From contig OX337232.1 in assembly GCA_946965045.2 (NCBI GenBank), forward strand, positions 1,054,001-1,118,000: DNA of 64,000 nucleotides, written 5' to 3'. Below the pieces are notes generated by a model. That model saw only the letters and a program-made list of their open reading frames with translations. It made no database searches and was not told where the DNA came from. Below are positions 21,034-33,200 of the stretch, in pieces. This DNA comes from Epithemia pelagica (Eukaryota > Protista > Bacillariophyta). Position 1 is the stretch's first letter; the number at the start of each line of letters is the position of its first letter. The translations under genes and the position numbers were made by a program.

Positions 21034-23323
21034 TTAGTCAAAGAGGAGGGAGGTATGGTTGTCAAACAACAACAACAAGTCCCCCTGTGGATGCGTACTA
21101 TTACTCATGCTGCAGAAATGGTGTGATTTGCCATTCTTATTGTTGTTGCCTCGCGTGGCTTGTAAAAACGAGTCTTGTAGCAACAGATCCTCCACAAATA
21201 TGCGTGGAGGATCCAAGCACTGTACCAAACGGGCATGAATCTGTTGGAGTGCTTGATCGTATTCGTCGTCATGGTCGTCTTTTGGGACGTTGCTGTTGTT
21301 GGGGACACCATGGTCGGTATGGTTTTGCAATTGTCGTCGTCGTCGCCGCCGCAGAACAAGGCGTTGTTTTTTGCACCATTTGCGCAAGGCTCGCACTTGG
21401 GTCAATTGGGAAAGACAGGGCCAGGTTCGAAAGGGTACTGTCGCCGTCCGATCCCAAGGTGTTGTTTGAATGTATTGTTGTTGCTGTGGTTGGAGGAGCC
21501 TGTGTGCCACGGCAGCGGCCACCCACGCATCGCGTGCGGCATAGACGACTTGTTCGTGGGACAAGGGGACCCGATGCCAGGGTGACCGTGTCACTCGATG
21601 GGATTTGGGCAGGTCCAATCCCAAAATGAGACGCGTGACTGTCTGGAGACTGGATCGTTGGTGTGGGCCTGAGGAGAAGGACGACGAACGAGATGGGACA
21701 ATTCCACCCAAGTCCCATCGAGCAGCCGTCGTCCACGGTCGTTCTTGTCGTGGATCGGAGGAGCATGTGGTGTGTTGTGTGTTGCTTCTTCTTCTTCTTT
21801 GGTTTCGTGCCCAAAGGTTGTGCACTTGAAGAAGATCATACTCATTATCACATCCAGTCAAAACGACATTCTGGTTCTTGTTCAAACTCTCATGCAATCG
21901 ATCCAGACAGGTCAATTGGGGACGACCCGAGGCATCGGCGAGTTGTATCACCAAGGCATGTCCACTGGGAGTAGCCAATTGAACGACGGCCACCTGTTTC
22001 AAAATCCAGTGGGATCTTGAATACACGGATGGAGCGGCCTGATCAAAACGACAAAACAAGAAACGATACCTTGTGAGAGAGAAAATCACAGAGCCACTGT
22101 AGAGTTCTAAAACAACAAACTGTGGACACGATTGGTGGTGTGCGGGGCAGCTCACGATTGGTCTCCGGAAAGAGGATCCCAAGAAATACATGTGGTTGTT
22201 TGACATGTGGAAATGGGGCGACTAAACCCCTTACAAAGTAGCTGGTTGAGCATCCTTGCTGCCACGCAATTGTTAGAGTGTGCATGTTGTTCCAAATCAT
22301 GCAGGCATCCAGGTGTGTGTGACTCGGAAGTAAAAGTGATTGGTGTGATTGTATAATTCTCGACACGGTGTATACTTCCGAGTCTGGTTACTACAAGGTT
22401 CCCTCATTGTCACACACACGGGAGATTGACACATGGCACACGGGCACTCCACGATCACACACATTCACTACACACGACATTCAACAGTGGACACTTACTT
22501 CACTATCAAACCCCAACACAATGGGCTCGGGCGGTTGCTGCGTTGTTGGGGGAAGGACGACATGACGATCCATCCAGGCTTGAACCGTCCACGGATTGTT
22601 GGTATAGGTAATGGACAGGCATGGAGTGGCATGGTCGTTGTCCAGCAAAGGACGAGGAGTGCGCAACAACCACAACGAGTCCTTTTGTGGTGGTGATACG
22701 GGCGACAAGGGCGGTGCCACCAAGGACACGGTAAACCAAGCATTGGAAGGAGCCCCACGCTTCTTGGATGGTCGTTGTCGTTGTGGGTGTCCTTGGCGAT
22801 GGGATGGCGACGGTGCGGTCCACCCCGAAACAAAAACCGGCGCAAGACCACGCTGTGAACACATACTCGTTCTAAAGAGAAGAAGAAGAACAACAACAAG
22901 GAGGCGGTCCACCAGCCGGCGCCGGCGCACAAAACGACGAGCTTCGGGTAGTTGGTGATATCGCTCTTGTTGCCACGTCGAACGATTGCCATGTAGTAGT
23001 AGTAGTGATGGTGATAGGGAGTGTCTTGTTGTTGTTGGGGCGAATCTTGCAGTTGTTGTTGTGCTGGTTAGACGAGCAGTGTCGTCGGACGAACTGCGGA
23101 ATTGTCGGAACGACAAGACATTGGACTTAACAGGGCACCACCACTGCGACGGCTGGACGTTGTACTGGTCGAGGAGGAGGAGGAGGGTGACGACAAGAGG
23201 GAATTTTGACGTTGGGCATGATAGGGGTGTGACTTCCTCCTCCGTCGTCGTCGTCGTGTGGACGGGGAATCGTCGTCGTCGTCGTCCAACGTATTGTCGA
23301 CGGCACACGTACAGGAATCCCAT
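21034..23323 (-). CDS. WRN-type DEDDy 3'-5' exonuclease, multi-exon
   Basis: Exo I VLGFDSE directly before the GTAAGT donor at 22498; VAVVQLAT; Exo III LSHEQVVYAARDAWV. Internal exon boundaries between 22.0 and 22.5 kb are not fully resolved. Confidence 0.8.
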
Positions 23324-23902
23324 AATTGATCGCCGTACTTTTGATGCAAGGCCGTAGCGGCCGAGATCACAAGCAAGGTGGTGAGAATAACCATTGTGGT
23401 GATGGATGGATGGAATAGAGAATTGGAATTGTGTATGCCAGCTGCAATTAGCACCTGCTTTTTCACCAGCACAAAAGTATGGCGAGTAAAAAATTTTATG
23501 GACCTACAATAGCGTGACAACTGACAACCGAAATGGATTCGGCTCGCAAAAAAGGCACGCGCGGGCCACTTTGCTTCTCTCAAAAGTCAAAACACTCCCG
23601 AGAACTGGCGAGGACGGTCATCCGGTCATCCGCAATAATCGGATGCGCCCCCAAGATCGGGAGGACTTCTACGCGCGCGCGCCCCTTCGAGTCTTGTGAA
23701 AAGGTACACCTTGATGTACAGTCGTACTGAAAATAGAGAGAGTGACATCGTATACAAATTTTATTGTAGACTCCCCGGCGAGAAGCGAGAACCCCACTGC
23801 CCCACACGACTGAAGTACACGTCGCCAAAACAGCCGCACAGTCGCGGAACCTCCGTTCTTCTTCCGAATGGACATCAGACAAACACATTCTCTGCACATT
23901 GG

Positions 23903-26900
23903 ATGACAGCCGTGGACCGTGGACCGTGGACCGTGGAGGACGGTCCATGGTCCATGTATGTATGGTATGCACAAAAGTCTTATCAAGGTGAGCACAAAAG
24001 TCTAATGAAACACTGTACGGTACTGCAAGAAGTGACAGGCCTCCTCCTCCTTGAGCGCAATGATTGCCGAGACCAAACTATCAAATCTAACTAACGAGAC
24101 GGCGGATTCATCATTTCATAGCAAGATGACGCTGAAAGAGCTGGTTGCTCAGCGCAAGGAGGAACTCCAAGAAGAAGCCAAAGAAGCGGAGAGACTTTGG
24201 AGAAATAAGAAAAGCGCCGCATTCATCGACCGCTTGATCAAACACGGAGATCTTCAAGCCGCAAAAGATGGTCGTTCCATCCCAGATCCAACTCCCATGG
24301 AATCAGCGGGAAATAATTCAAAGATTGTCTCAGAAGAAATCGCTCTTGATACAACTGGGAATTTTTCAACCATGGAGGATCTGATTCGATTTGCGGCCCA
24401 GTGTTCCAAAACGAATGAGGACACCATATTCTTTCGCGTACGCTGGGGAGAACAAACTTTTGCAAGGCACGACGAAGACTACATCAACGATGAACTCAGT
24501 CGTAGCAAGAGCAAGCCGACTGTGATCAGTGCTAAGTGGCGATGCAAAGGTGCGGAGAAACCTACCTCCACCGAATTCGAGTTAGAGGAAACAACAAAGG
24601 AGGAAGTGGAAGATTTCTTTGGCCTTAGAGACGACATAGTGGCCGTGAAGACTTTTCTAGATGCGGGGCTCGTCCCCTTGAAAGAGAAAGACACAAAAAG
24701 CTCTTTGAATATTGCAAAAGTGGATACGAGCTTCGTCGAGACTGACCCACCAGATGCCGTCCACTACTTCCGTACCACGAGAGCACTCGATAAAAGCTAC
24801 GTAATCGTCGTTACTGGCGAATCAGGAAGCGGCAAATCCGTGTTTGCATGCCAGCAGGCGCTTGACCTCGAATATTATGTCCTCTATCAGGCGCTGACTG
24901 CTGACATCTTCAAGACTGCCTATCCAAATCCAAAAAAGCAGTTTCCTGCGCTGAATGCCCTGCTCCAATCTGTCATTGACGACATTGAAGAAAAAGATGA
25001 TCTTGTCACTACAGATCAAGATGATCTTGATGTGCTTTTTGACCTGAAAAAGCAACTGAAGATTTCTCGAAACTCTTGGGCTCGGAGTGTTTTCAAAGCA
25101 GCCATTGACTCTGTCAAGGCTAGAGCCAGGGAAGTTGATGCTGCGGACAAGTGGCTATCTGGAAGATGGAAATCCAACAACAAGCCTGACAACGTAGCCA
25201 TTGTCATTGATGAAGCTACGGATATTGATCTTGTTTCGGGTCTAATCGCAGTTGGGCAAGAGATCATGGGCGAATATTCCTACTTGGCAAGACATGGTGG
25301 TAATGTGCAGCTGGTGTTGGCTGGTGTCGGCCTGGATGCAATCGAAATACCAGACCGCGTCGGAACCAACCCTAAACCCGCCAAGCTTGTTACCATGAAA
25401 GGCCCTATTGTCGAGAAGGTAATCAAACGGGAAATCGTGTCAGAGGAGGTCCAGAAGGCACTTGAGCGAGGAGTCTTTGCCCGTGTCCTCAAAACAAACA
25501 CGAGGATGTTCTTTCGATCGGTACTGCCGATACTACAATTGGATGTGCACGTAGAAGACGCAGAGTATGAAGACGAGCCGGACAAGAAAAAAGCTCGCTT
25601 GGAAGATCGTTTGGTTGAAGTTGGGTCGTTCCGAGCTCTAATGGACCATGCGCCAAGATTTTATGTTACTCAAAACACGGTAGGGGATTTGCAGAAGAAA
25701 GGATCACTGAATGGTCTTTTGCTGCAGTCTTTTTCGGTCCACCTGATAAAGTCTATGGAAAGCCACGAACCCAACGATGAAGTGCTGAAGGAGAATTGGG
25801 AGCAAGAGCTTGCTCTTGTTCGCGGGTTCAAATGCTATAAGGATTTCGACCAGTGTTCAGAACACCATATCTACTCGAAGGGACTAGCAAGCCGCCACGG
25901 GACGTCAAATGCGCTGAAGTTTCTTGCCTGTTTCGGGTTGACATGTCAGCTTCGAGCAACGTTCGGTGATGAATTTGAGGAGATGACAGCGCTACACTTT
26001 ATGCGTTACATGCAAACCCAAGGATACGAGCCTCGTCGTGTTATCTTGAAACATGCATGGCCGCCAAAGCGCACGAAAGGTGACATTGCAGGCCAAATTA
26101 CGAGACTCGGCAACATTTTGGAGGAGCAAGGGGAAACGGAAAAAGAGTGTTTGTTGCAGCTTCAGTCACAACCGGCCGCAGGTCAATGGTGCTACTTGTT
26201 TTCCCAGGGCACAGCAAGTGCTCAAGGCGGTCATGTTCTTGCATTAATTCTGGATATGAGAATTAAGGAAGAGACAGGTGAACTCACAGGGATAGGTGAG
26301 CTCGAGACCATTCAGTGCAAGCACTTTGCTAGCTCGCCGAGCCCAAAAGTTTGTCGCGGATGGTGGCATTCTTTGGGTGTCGACTTTGACGAGAATGGAG
26401 ACTTCAACCTGAGTCCAGAGCGGGGTTCTGCCGGATACTCGTACATGGGCCTCACGGCATTCAGAAAAGTACTCAGTCAGTGGTTGCCGGGGGTGGACAT
26501 CAAAATTGGAAAGCGTACTCTTGCACTGTCGTTTGAGACTCCTTCTAGTTTTCCAATTCCCAAAAGCGAAAGTTGCCGAGCATGGTTTCGCGAAATGTTT
26601 GCACCCACCATTTCAGTGCTTCCCCTCAAGGAGGCTACAGAATGTACGGACGAGGAACGTTAAGTGTGTAACTCACTGACTTCGGGACACTGAGCGCCTC
26701 CACTTATAATTCGGTTGTATCGAAACAGAATCAATCACATGATCTATGATATAATTCCTTTTGCGAGTGAAATCCTTCAATGACTTTGCTTCCACTGGAT
26801 ATCGAACCTCCATCTCTTGTCAGTGATAGTAACTAGTAAGATAATTCTTTGATTGTGTTTCATCCCGGGCGATCTTCTCCCTTATTACCTCTTTAATGAT

Positions 26901-27220
26901 ATTCGATTGTGATATGATCTTGTTAAGAAAGAAGGGTTTGCCTCCAGTGCTTCCGTATCTAACCTTCTTTTACAGATCATTGTAGAGATACAGCACGACA
27001 GCTTTGATGTCGGCGACGTGTGTCGTCATGGCCAATCCCTCCCCTTCCAATTCTATAACGTCTTTTGAATTCATCGGTTGCTCGTTGGTAGACACATCTT
27101 GTTAACCTTAGTGATGTGGCGTGATACCATTTGGTAAACTACCTAGTGAAGATGATTGATAGCTCCCTGGAGTATAGAGGTTAATAAACCAAAGTAAACT
27201 TCAATTTCTTTCACGTCTCT
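23903..27220 (+). repeat. Left arm of a 3.3-kb inverted duplication (partner 30284-33585)
   Basis: Reverse-complement match from atgacagccgtgg (23903) to tttcacgtctct (27220), covering promoter, CDS and about 550 bp of 3' flank. Confidence 0.95.
24126..26663 (+). CDS. CR-type P-loop NTPase with putative C-terminal REase-like region, copy 1 (845 aa)
   Basis: Walker A VTGESGSGKS; Walker B AIVIDEATD; C-terminal SAQGGHV...ETIQCKH; intronless. Start taken at MTLKE because the upstream extension is not conserved in copy 2. Confidence 0.7.
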   Translation: MTLKELVAQRKEELQEEAKEAERLWRNKKSAAFIDRLIKHGDLQAAKDGRSIPDPTPMESAGNNSKIVSEEIALDTTGNFSTMEDLIRFAAQCSKTNEDTIFFRVRWGEQTFARHDEDYINDELSRSKSKPTVISAKWRCKGAEKPTSTEFELEETTKEEVEDFFGLRDDIVAVKTFLDAGLVPLKEKDTKSSLNIAKVDTSFVETDPPDAVHYFRTTRALDKSYVIVVTGESGSGKSVFACQQALDLEYYVLYQALTADIFKTAYPNPKKQFPALNALLQSVIDDIEEKDDLVTTDQDDLDVLFDLKKQLKISRNSWARSVFKAAIDSVKARAREVDAADKWLSGRWKSNNKPDNVAIVIDEATDIDLVSGLIAVGQEIMGEYSYLARHGGNVQLVLAGVGLDAIEIPDRVGTNPKPAKLVTMKGPIVEKVIKREIVSEEVQKALERGVFARVLKTNTRMFFRSVLPILQLDVHVEDAEYEDEPDKKKARLEDRLVEVGSFRALMDHAPRFYVTQNTVGDLQKKGSLNGLLLQSFSVHLIKSMESHEPNDEVLKENWEQELALVRGFKCYKDFDQCSEHHIYSKGLASRHGTSNALKFLACFGLTCQLRATFGDEFEEMTALHFMRYMQTQGYEPRRVILKHAWPPKRTKGDIAGQITRLGNILEEQGETEKECLLQLQSQPAAGQWCYLFSQGTASAQGGHVLALILDMRIKEETGELTGIGELETIQCKHFASSPSPKVCRGWWHSLGVDFDENGDFNLSPERGSAGYSYMGLTAFRKVLSQWLPGVDIKIGKRTLALSFETPSSFPIPKSESCRAWFREMFAPTISVLPLKEATECTDEER

Positions 27221-27539
27221 TTACTTCGAGACAGCGAAGGAGAGATAAGAATGAACCAAAAACAAATCGTTATTGAACCAATTTTGGTTCAATAACCCAT
27301 TAAGGGACAGAGATCGTTTGAATGCCAGAATGGTATCAACATTCGTCGTATATGCACAGGGAGAAAACAGTCCCAACAGCACCTAAAGGCTAGAATGTCA
27401 ATAGATGGGGAGATTGACAACGAAAGATACTATATAGGAGCAAAGTGTATTAGTTTCCAGCTCGTACAACACTGCTGAAATAGGTAGTTTTGTCTGGTAT
27501 ATAAATACCCAAGAATCATGTAGATATGCACGAACAGAA

Positions 27540-29958
27540 TCACCCACCACCGCACCCACCACCACATCCGCCGCCGCCACATCCACCCCCGCCGCATCCT
27601 CCTCCACATCCTCCACCACCCCCGCAACCACCGCCGACATCTCCCGCCGTAACGGCACCACATCCACCGCTACAGCCTCCACCACCACCACAGGTTGCAC
27701 CAGCACCAAGATGATGGTTGTTCCCTCTACATGCTCCTCCACTAACCATGAAATATAAGAATGGATGAATAAATCATCATCAGCCACGACAAGACAAATA
27801 CACATTCGGGTTAGAGACGACGCAACCATGTCCCAGAAACCGTACGCAAGAACCAACAAGCACTATAGAAGGGTTCTCCAACCTGCTGTACGTACCATGT
27901 TCCTCCTCCACATCCGGCCGCCTCTTGTGCTTGAGCCAGAATCGCGTCTGTGCTCGAAGGCCCGTGGTGATGTGCCGTGCTGCTGGTAGCCGTGCCAAGT
28001 GGCACGAAATGGGTTGGAGCCCAATCCTTGTCTTGTTGTTGTTTGTTGGTGCTGGTGGAGGAGGACGAGGACGACGGATTCCACAAGGGAAACTGCCGTG
28101 CTCCTATCGCCCGACAGTGTTTCACCGTTGCTTCGGACAAGGGTACTCGGGGACCCGTGGCTGCTTGACGGGCTTGCACGTAGGCCAACAACTCCAAGGT
28201 TTTGGTCAATTCCGTTTCATAAGCCTCTTGTTGAGGATCTGCAGTCGTAGTACGGCGGGATGCATCCTCCGTCAAAGCCTCACTCGTACTGCAACACAAG
28301 GACGAAGTTCCACAGAGCGAAGCGAGAGCCATGTACGAATCGTACGTGCTATACTGTCGTTGGGCCTGTACCAAGAGTCGTCGCGACAAAATTTCCATGC
28401 CTTGCTGCGTATCCAAGGAATAATATCCGACCCCGCAACAAGCTGCCTTTCCAAAGACATGACCACGCTTTAAGGGATTGGCTAAATCGAATCGCAATCC
28501 CCAACCACCGGGCAATACGGGAGGAATAAAGGTGGAATCGGATGCCTTGGGTTCTTTCCACAGCATATCCTTGTCGTTGTCCTCGTCCTCCTCCTTGGCT
28601 TCTTTTGTTGTGTTGCTGTCCTGGTTGCCCCCCTCTGTTGCTAATCCCCTTGCATGAAATGGGGATCCCTGCTGATGCTCCTCTAGCAACAGTGCTGTAT
28701 TGTCGACGAGGCTCGTCGTCGTCGTGTGGTTGTCAAGAGTCCACGAGGGATCCCAAAATTCCACAGGTGCCGGTCCTCGATACATGGCCCCGGCCACGAT
28801 ATAGTCGTCTTGATTGGGATAGGCCTGTTTCCACAAACGGCAGGTTTCCCGAAAAGCCACATCCAACGAGGCACCGGGAGATCGATCGTCTCCCAAAGAA
28901 TCGTCATGAGACAACCAAGATCCGCGAATGGCTTGACAATCGTTCAAATATTGCGAGACGGACAGGGCAATGTGCGTATGCCAAATCCAATCAATTTGGT
29001 ACGTGGGTACTAAAATTGTAGAATGTTTGGTGTTGTTGTTGTTGTGCTGTTTGTCACTGTCTGGTTGTTCCACCAAGGCCAGGAAATGACCATATCGTTC
29101 AACGCCTTGACGCAAAAACGTTGGGTCGTCAAATTGTGGTTGCGAAATGTGCCACCACAAGGAAGCTTGACGACTGGCACTGGCCAACAGGTCCAATCCT
29201 TGGAGGAGTCGTTGTTGTTGTCGTTTGTGCTGGGAGTCTGCACCCGCAAAAGGTTCGTTTGGTGTGGTCGTTGTTGTTGTTGTTGTCAAATCCAGGAAAA
29301 AGGGCGTGTGGGGATAGCGTTGGTGCCACAAGTGTTGTGTATACTTGGTAGCAGTTGCTGCGTCCTGGTCGTGTTGTTGTTCTGATTGGTTTGCAGTAGC
29401 CGCCACTCCAAAGGGTACCGTGGCCTCCATGATTGTTCCATAGCGTTGTCGACAATAACTCCGATAGGAGAGAGGTGACAATCGATGGCAGTGCCACAAC
29501 CATGCACAGTCGGGTGGAGGCATCAGGGCAGACGACAAGTCTTGTGGTTGTTCGATGGTCTTTTTTTCGTCCTTTTCGTCGTGCAACGACGACGACGACG
29601 ACGACGACGACGAGTGGGCAGCCACCAAGGGAAGCCAATGGTCCAGGTAGCGATCCAGCATTCGTTGCAACAGTACTTGATCCGGGTCGTCCTCCTTATC
29701 CTGGCGTCGTTGCTCGTTGGGACTCGTCTCCTCGTCGTGCGGAGCAATCATCTGCCACAAGAAGAGTGTTGTGATCCCCGAAGCATGCATGTGTCGTAAA
29801 AAGGCTCGATGACATTGAGCTTGTTCCACCAACTGGGTCGCATTCAAGACGGTCAATGCCACGGCGGCATTTCGTTGACTGCGAGTCGTCGTCGTCGTAC
29901 TCCCTCGCCCGGAGGAGGGGTCGGTCCACCATTGATTGCTTTTAATCAATGGTTTCAT
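27540..29958 (-). CDS. Glycine-rich domain protein (GRDP/DUF1399-like) with Gly-Cys tail, 2 exons
   Basis: PPPDCAWLWHCHRLSPLSYRSYC; LVPTYQIDWIWHTH..HDDS. Intron 27742-27895 (GTACGT...TTAG) links AAGCGGGT-C to a (GGGC)n exon ending in TGA at 27540. Confidence 0.85.
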
Positions 29959-30283
29959 GATACTATGATACACCACTCCGAGTTTTCTGGGACCAAAGTG
30001 TCCAGAAAATGAAAATGTGACCGGCGAGAGTCCATATCTACTGCCGCGCGGACCCACTCTACAATGACGCCTGGAGTACCGTCGACCGACGCGCCCGGCC
30101 TGAGAGACAGGCGAGGTCGAAAATGTCGGTAATGATTGTCACAATTTAGAATTTAGTAGCCCCTCTAAAAAATGAAGGAAGCGTTCCTCTGATCTCTGAT
30201 ACTCCTATCGATAGCCCCAAACATAGCACTACTGAGGTAATCCAGAGCAGATCTATCAACGCGTCCTTTAAGAAAAGGCGGTT

Positions 30284-33200
30284 AGAGACGTGAAAGAAAT
30301 TGATGTTTACTTTGGTTATTAACCTAGGAGTAAATCTATTAACGGGGAGCTATCAATCATCTTCACTAGGTAGTTCACCAAATGCCACATTACTAAGGCT
30401 AACAAGATGTGTCGACCAACGAGCACCCGATGAATTCAAGAGACAATCATAGAATTGAAGGGGAGGGAGTGACCATGACGACACACGTCGTCGACATCAA
30501 AGTTGTCGTGCTGTATCTCTACAATGATCTGTAAAAGAAGGTTAGATACGGAAGCACTGGAGGCAAACCCATATAACAATCGAATATCATTGAAGAGGTA
30601 AGTAGAGGGCCTGAGGGAGAAGATCAACCGGGATGAAACACAATCAAAGAATTATCTAATTAGTTACTATCACTGACAAGAAATGGAGGTTCGATATCCA
30701 GTGGAAGCAAAGTCGTTGAAGGATTTCACTCGTAAAAGGAATTATATCATAGATCATGTGATTGATTCTGTTTCGTTACAACCGAATTCTAAGTGGAGGC
30801 GCTCAGTGTCCCGAAGTCAGTGAGTTGCACACTTAACGTTCCTCGTCCGTACATTCTGAAGCCTCCTCGAGGGGAAGCACTGAAATGGTGGGTGCAAACA
30901 TTTCGCGAAACCATGCTCGGCAACTTTCGCTTTTGGGAATTGGAAAACTAGGAGGAGTCTCAAACGACATTGCAAGAGTACGCTTTCCAATTTTGATGTC
31001 CACCCCCGGCAACCACTGACTGAGTACTTTTCTGAATGCCGTGAGACCCATGTACGAGTATCCGGCAGAACCCCGCTCTGGACTCAGGGTGAAGCCTCCA
31101 TTCTCCTCGAAGTCGACACCCAAAGAATGCCACCATGCGCGACAAACGTTTGGGCTCGGCGAGCTAGCAAAGTGCTTGCACTGAATGGTCTCGAGCTCAC
31201 CTATCCCTGTGAGTTCACCTGTCTCTTCCTTAATTCTCATATCCAGAATTAATGCAAGAACATGACCGCCTTGAGCACTTGCTGTGCCCTGGGAAAACAC
31301 GTAGCACCATTTACCTGCGGCCGGTTGTGACCGAAGCTGCAACAAACACTCTTTTTCCGTTTCCCCTTGCTCCTCCAAAATGTTGCCGAGTCTCGTAATT
31401 TGGCCTGCAATGTCACCCTTCGTGCGTTTTGGCGGCCACGCATGTTTCAAGATAACACGCCGAGGCTCGTATCCTTGGGTTTGCATGTAACGCATAAAGT
31501 GTAGCGCTGTCATCTCCTCAAATTCACCACCGAAAGTTGCTCGAAGCTGACATGTCAACCCGAAACAGGCAAGAAACTTCAGCGCATTTGACGTCCCGTG
31601 GCGGCTTGCTAGTCCCTTCGAGTAGATATGGTGTTCTGAACACTGGTCGAAATCCTTATAGCATTTGAACCCGCGAACAAGAGCAAGCTCTTGCTCCCAA
31701 TTCTCCTTCAGCACTTCATCGTTGGGTTCGTGGCTTTCCATAGACTTTATCAGGTGGACCGAAAAAGACTGCAGCAAAAGACCATTCAGTGATCCTTTCT
31801 TCTGCAAATCCCCTACCGTGTTTTGAGTAACATAAAATCTTGGCGCATGGTCCATTAGAGCTCGGAACGACCCAACTTCAACCAAACGATCTTCCAAGCG
31901 AGCTTTTTTCTTGTCCGGCTCGTCTTCATACTCTGCGTCTTCTACGTGCACATCCAATTGTAGTATCGGCAGTACCGATCGAAAGAACATCCTCGTGTTT
32001 GTTTTGAGGACACGGGCAAAGACTCCTCGCTCAAGTGCCTTCTGGACCTCCTCTGACACGATTTCCCGTTTTATTACCTTCTCGACAATAGGGCCTTTCA
32101 TGGTAACAAGCTTGGCGGGTTTAGGGTTGGTTCCGACGCGGCCTGGTATTTCGATTGCATCCAGGCCGACACCAGCCAACACCAGCTGCACGTTACCACC
32201 GTGTTTTGCCAAGAAGGAATATTCGCCCATGATCTCTTGCCCAACTGCGATGAGACCCGAAACAAGATCAATATCCGTTGCTTCATCAATGACAATGGCT
32301 ACCTTGTCAGGCTTGTTGTTGGATTTCCATCTTCCAGATAGCCACTTGTCCGCAGCATCACCTTCCTTGGCTCTAGCCTTGACAGAGTCAATGGCTGCTG
32401 TGAAAACACTCCGAGCCCAAGAGTTTCGAGAAATCTTCAGTTGCTTTTTCAGGTCATGAAGCACATCAAGATCATCTTGATCTGTAGTGACAAGATCATC
32501 TTTTTCTTTAATGTTGTCAATGACAGATTGGAGCAGCGCATTCAGCGCAGGAAACTGTTTGTTTGGATTTGGATAGGCATTCTTGAAGATGTCAGCAGTC
32601 AGCGCCTGATAGAGGACATAATATTCGAGGTCAAGCGCCTGCTGGCATGCAAACACGGATTTGCCGCTTCCTGATTCGCCAGTAACGACGATTACGTAGC
32701 TTTTATCGAGTGCTCTCGTGGAACGGAAGTAGTGGGCGGCATTTGGTGGGTCAGTCTCGACGAAACTTGTATCCACTTTTGCAATATTCAAAGAGCTTTT
32801 TGTATCTTTCTCTTTCAAGGGGACGAGCCCCGCATCTAGAAAAGTCTTCACGGCCGCTATGTCGTCTCTAAGGCCAAAGAAATCTTCCACTTCCTCCTTT
32901 GTTGTTTCCTCTAACTCGAAGACTTTGTCGGCAGTTGTCTCCGCACCTTGGCATCGCCAACGAGCAGTGATCTCAGTCAACTTGCTCTTGCTTCGACTGA
33001 GTTCATCGTTGATGTACTCTTCGTCGTGCCTTGCAAACTTTTGTTCTCCCCAGTGTACGCGAAAGAATACGGTGTCCTCATTCGTTTTGGAACACTGGGC
33101 CGCAAATCGAATCAGATCCTCCATGGTTGAAAAATTCCCAGTTCTATCAAGAGCATTTTCTTCTGAGCCAATCTTTGAATTATTTCCTGCTGATTCCATG

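Noticed and set aside
23911-23937. (GTGGACC)n short tandem repeat as a possible CRISPR or iteron array
   Set aside because: 7-bp unit with no spacers, eukaryotic context, and fewer copies in the other arm
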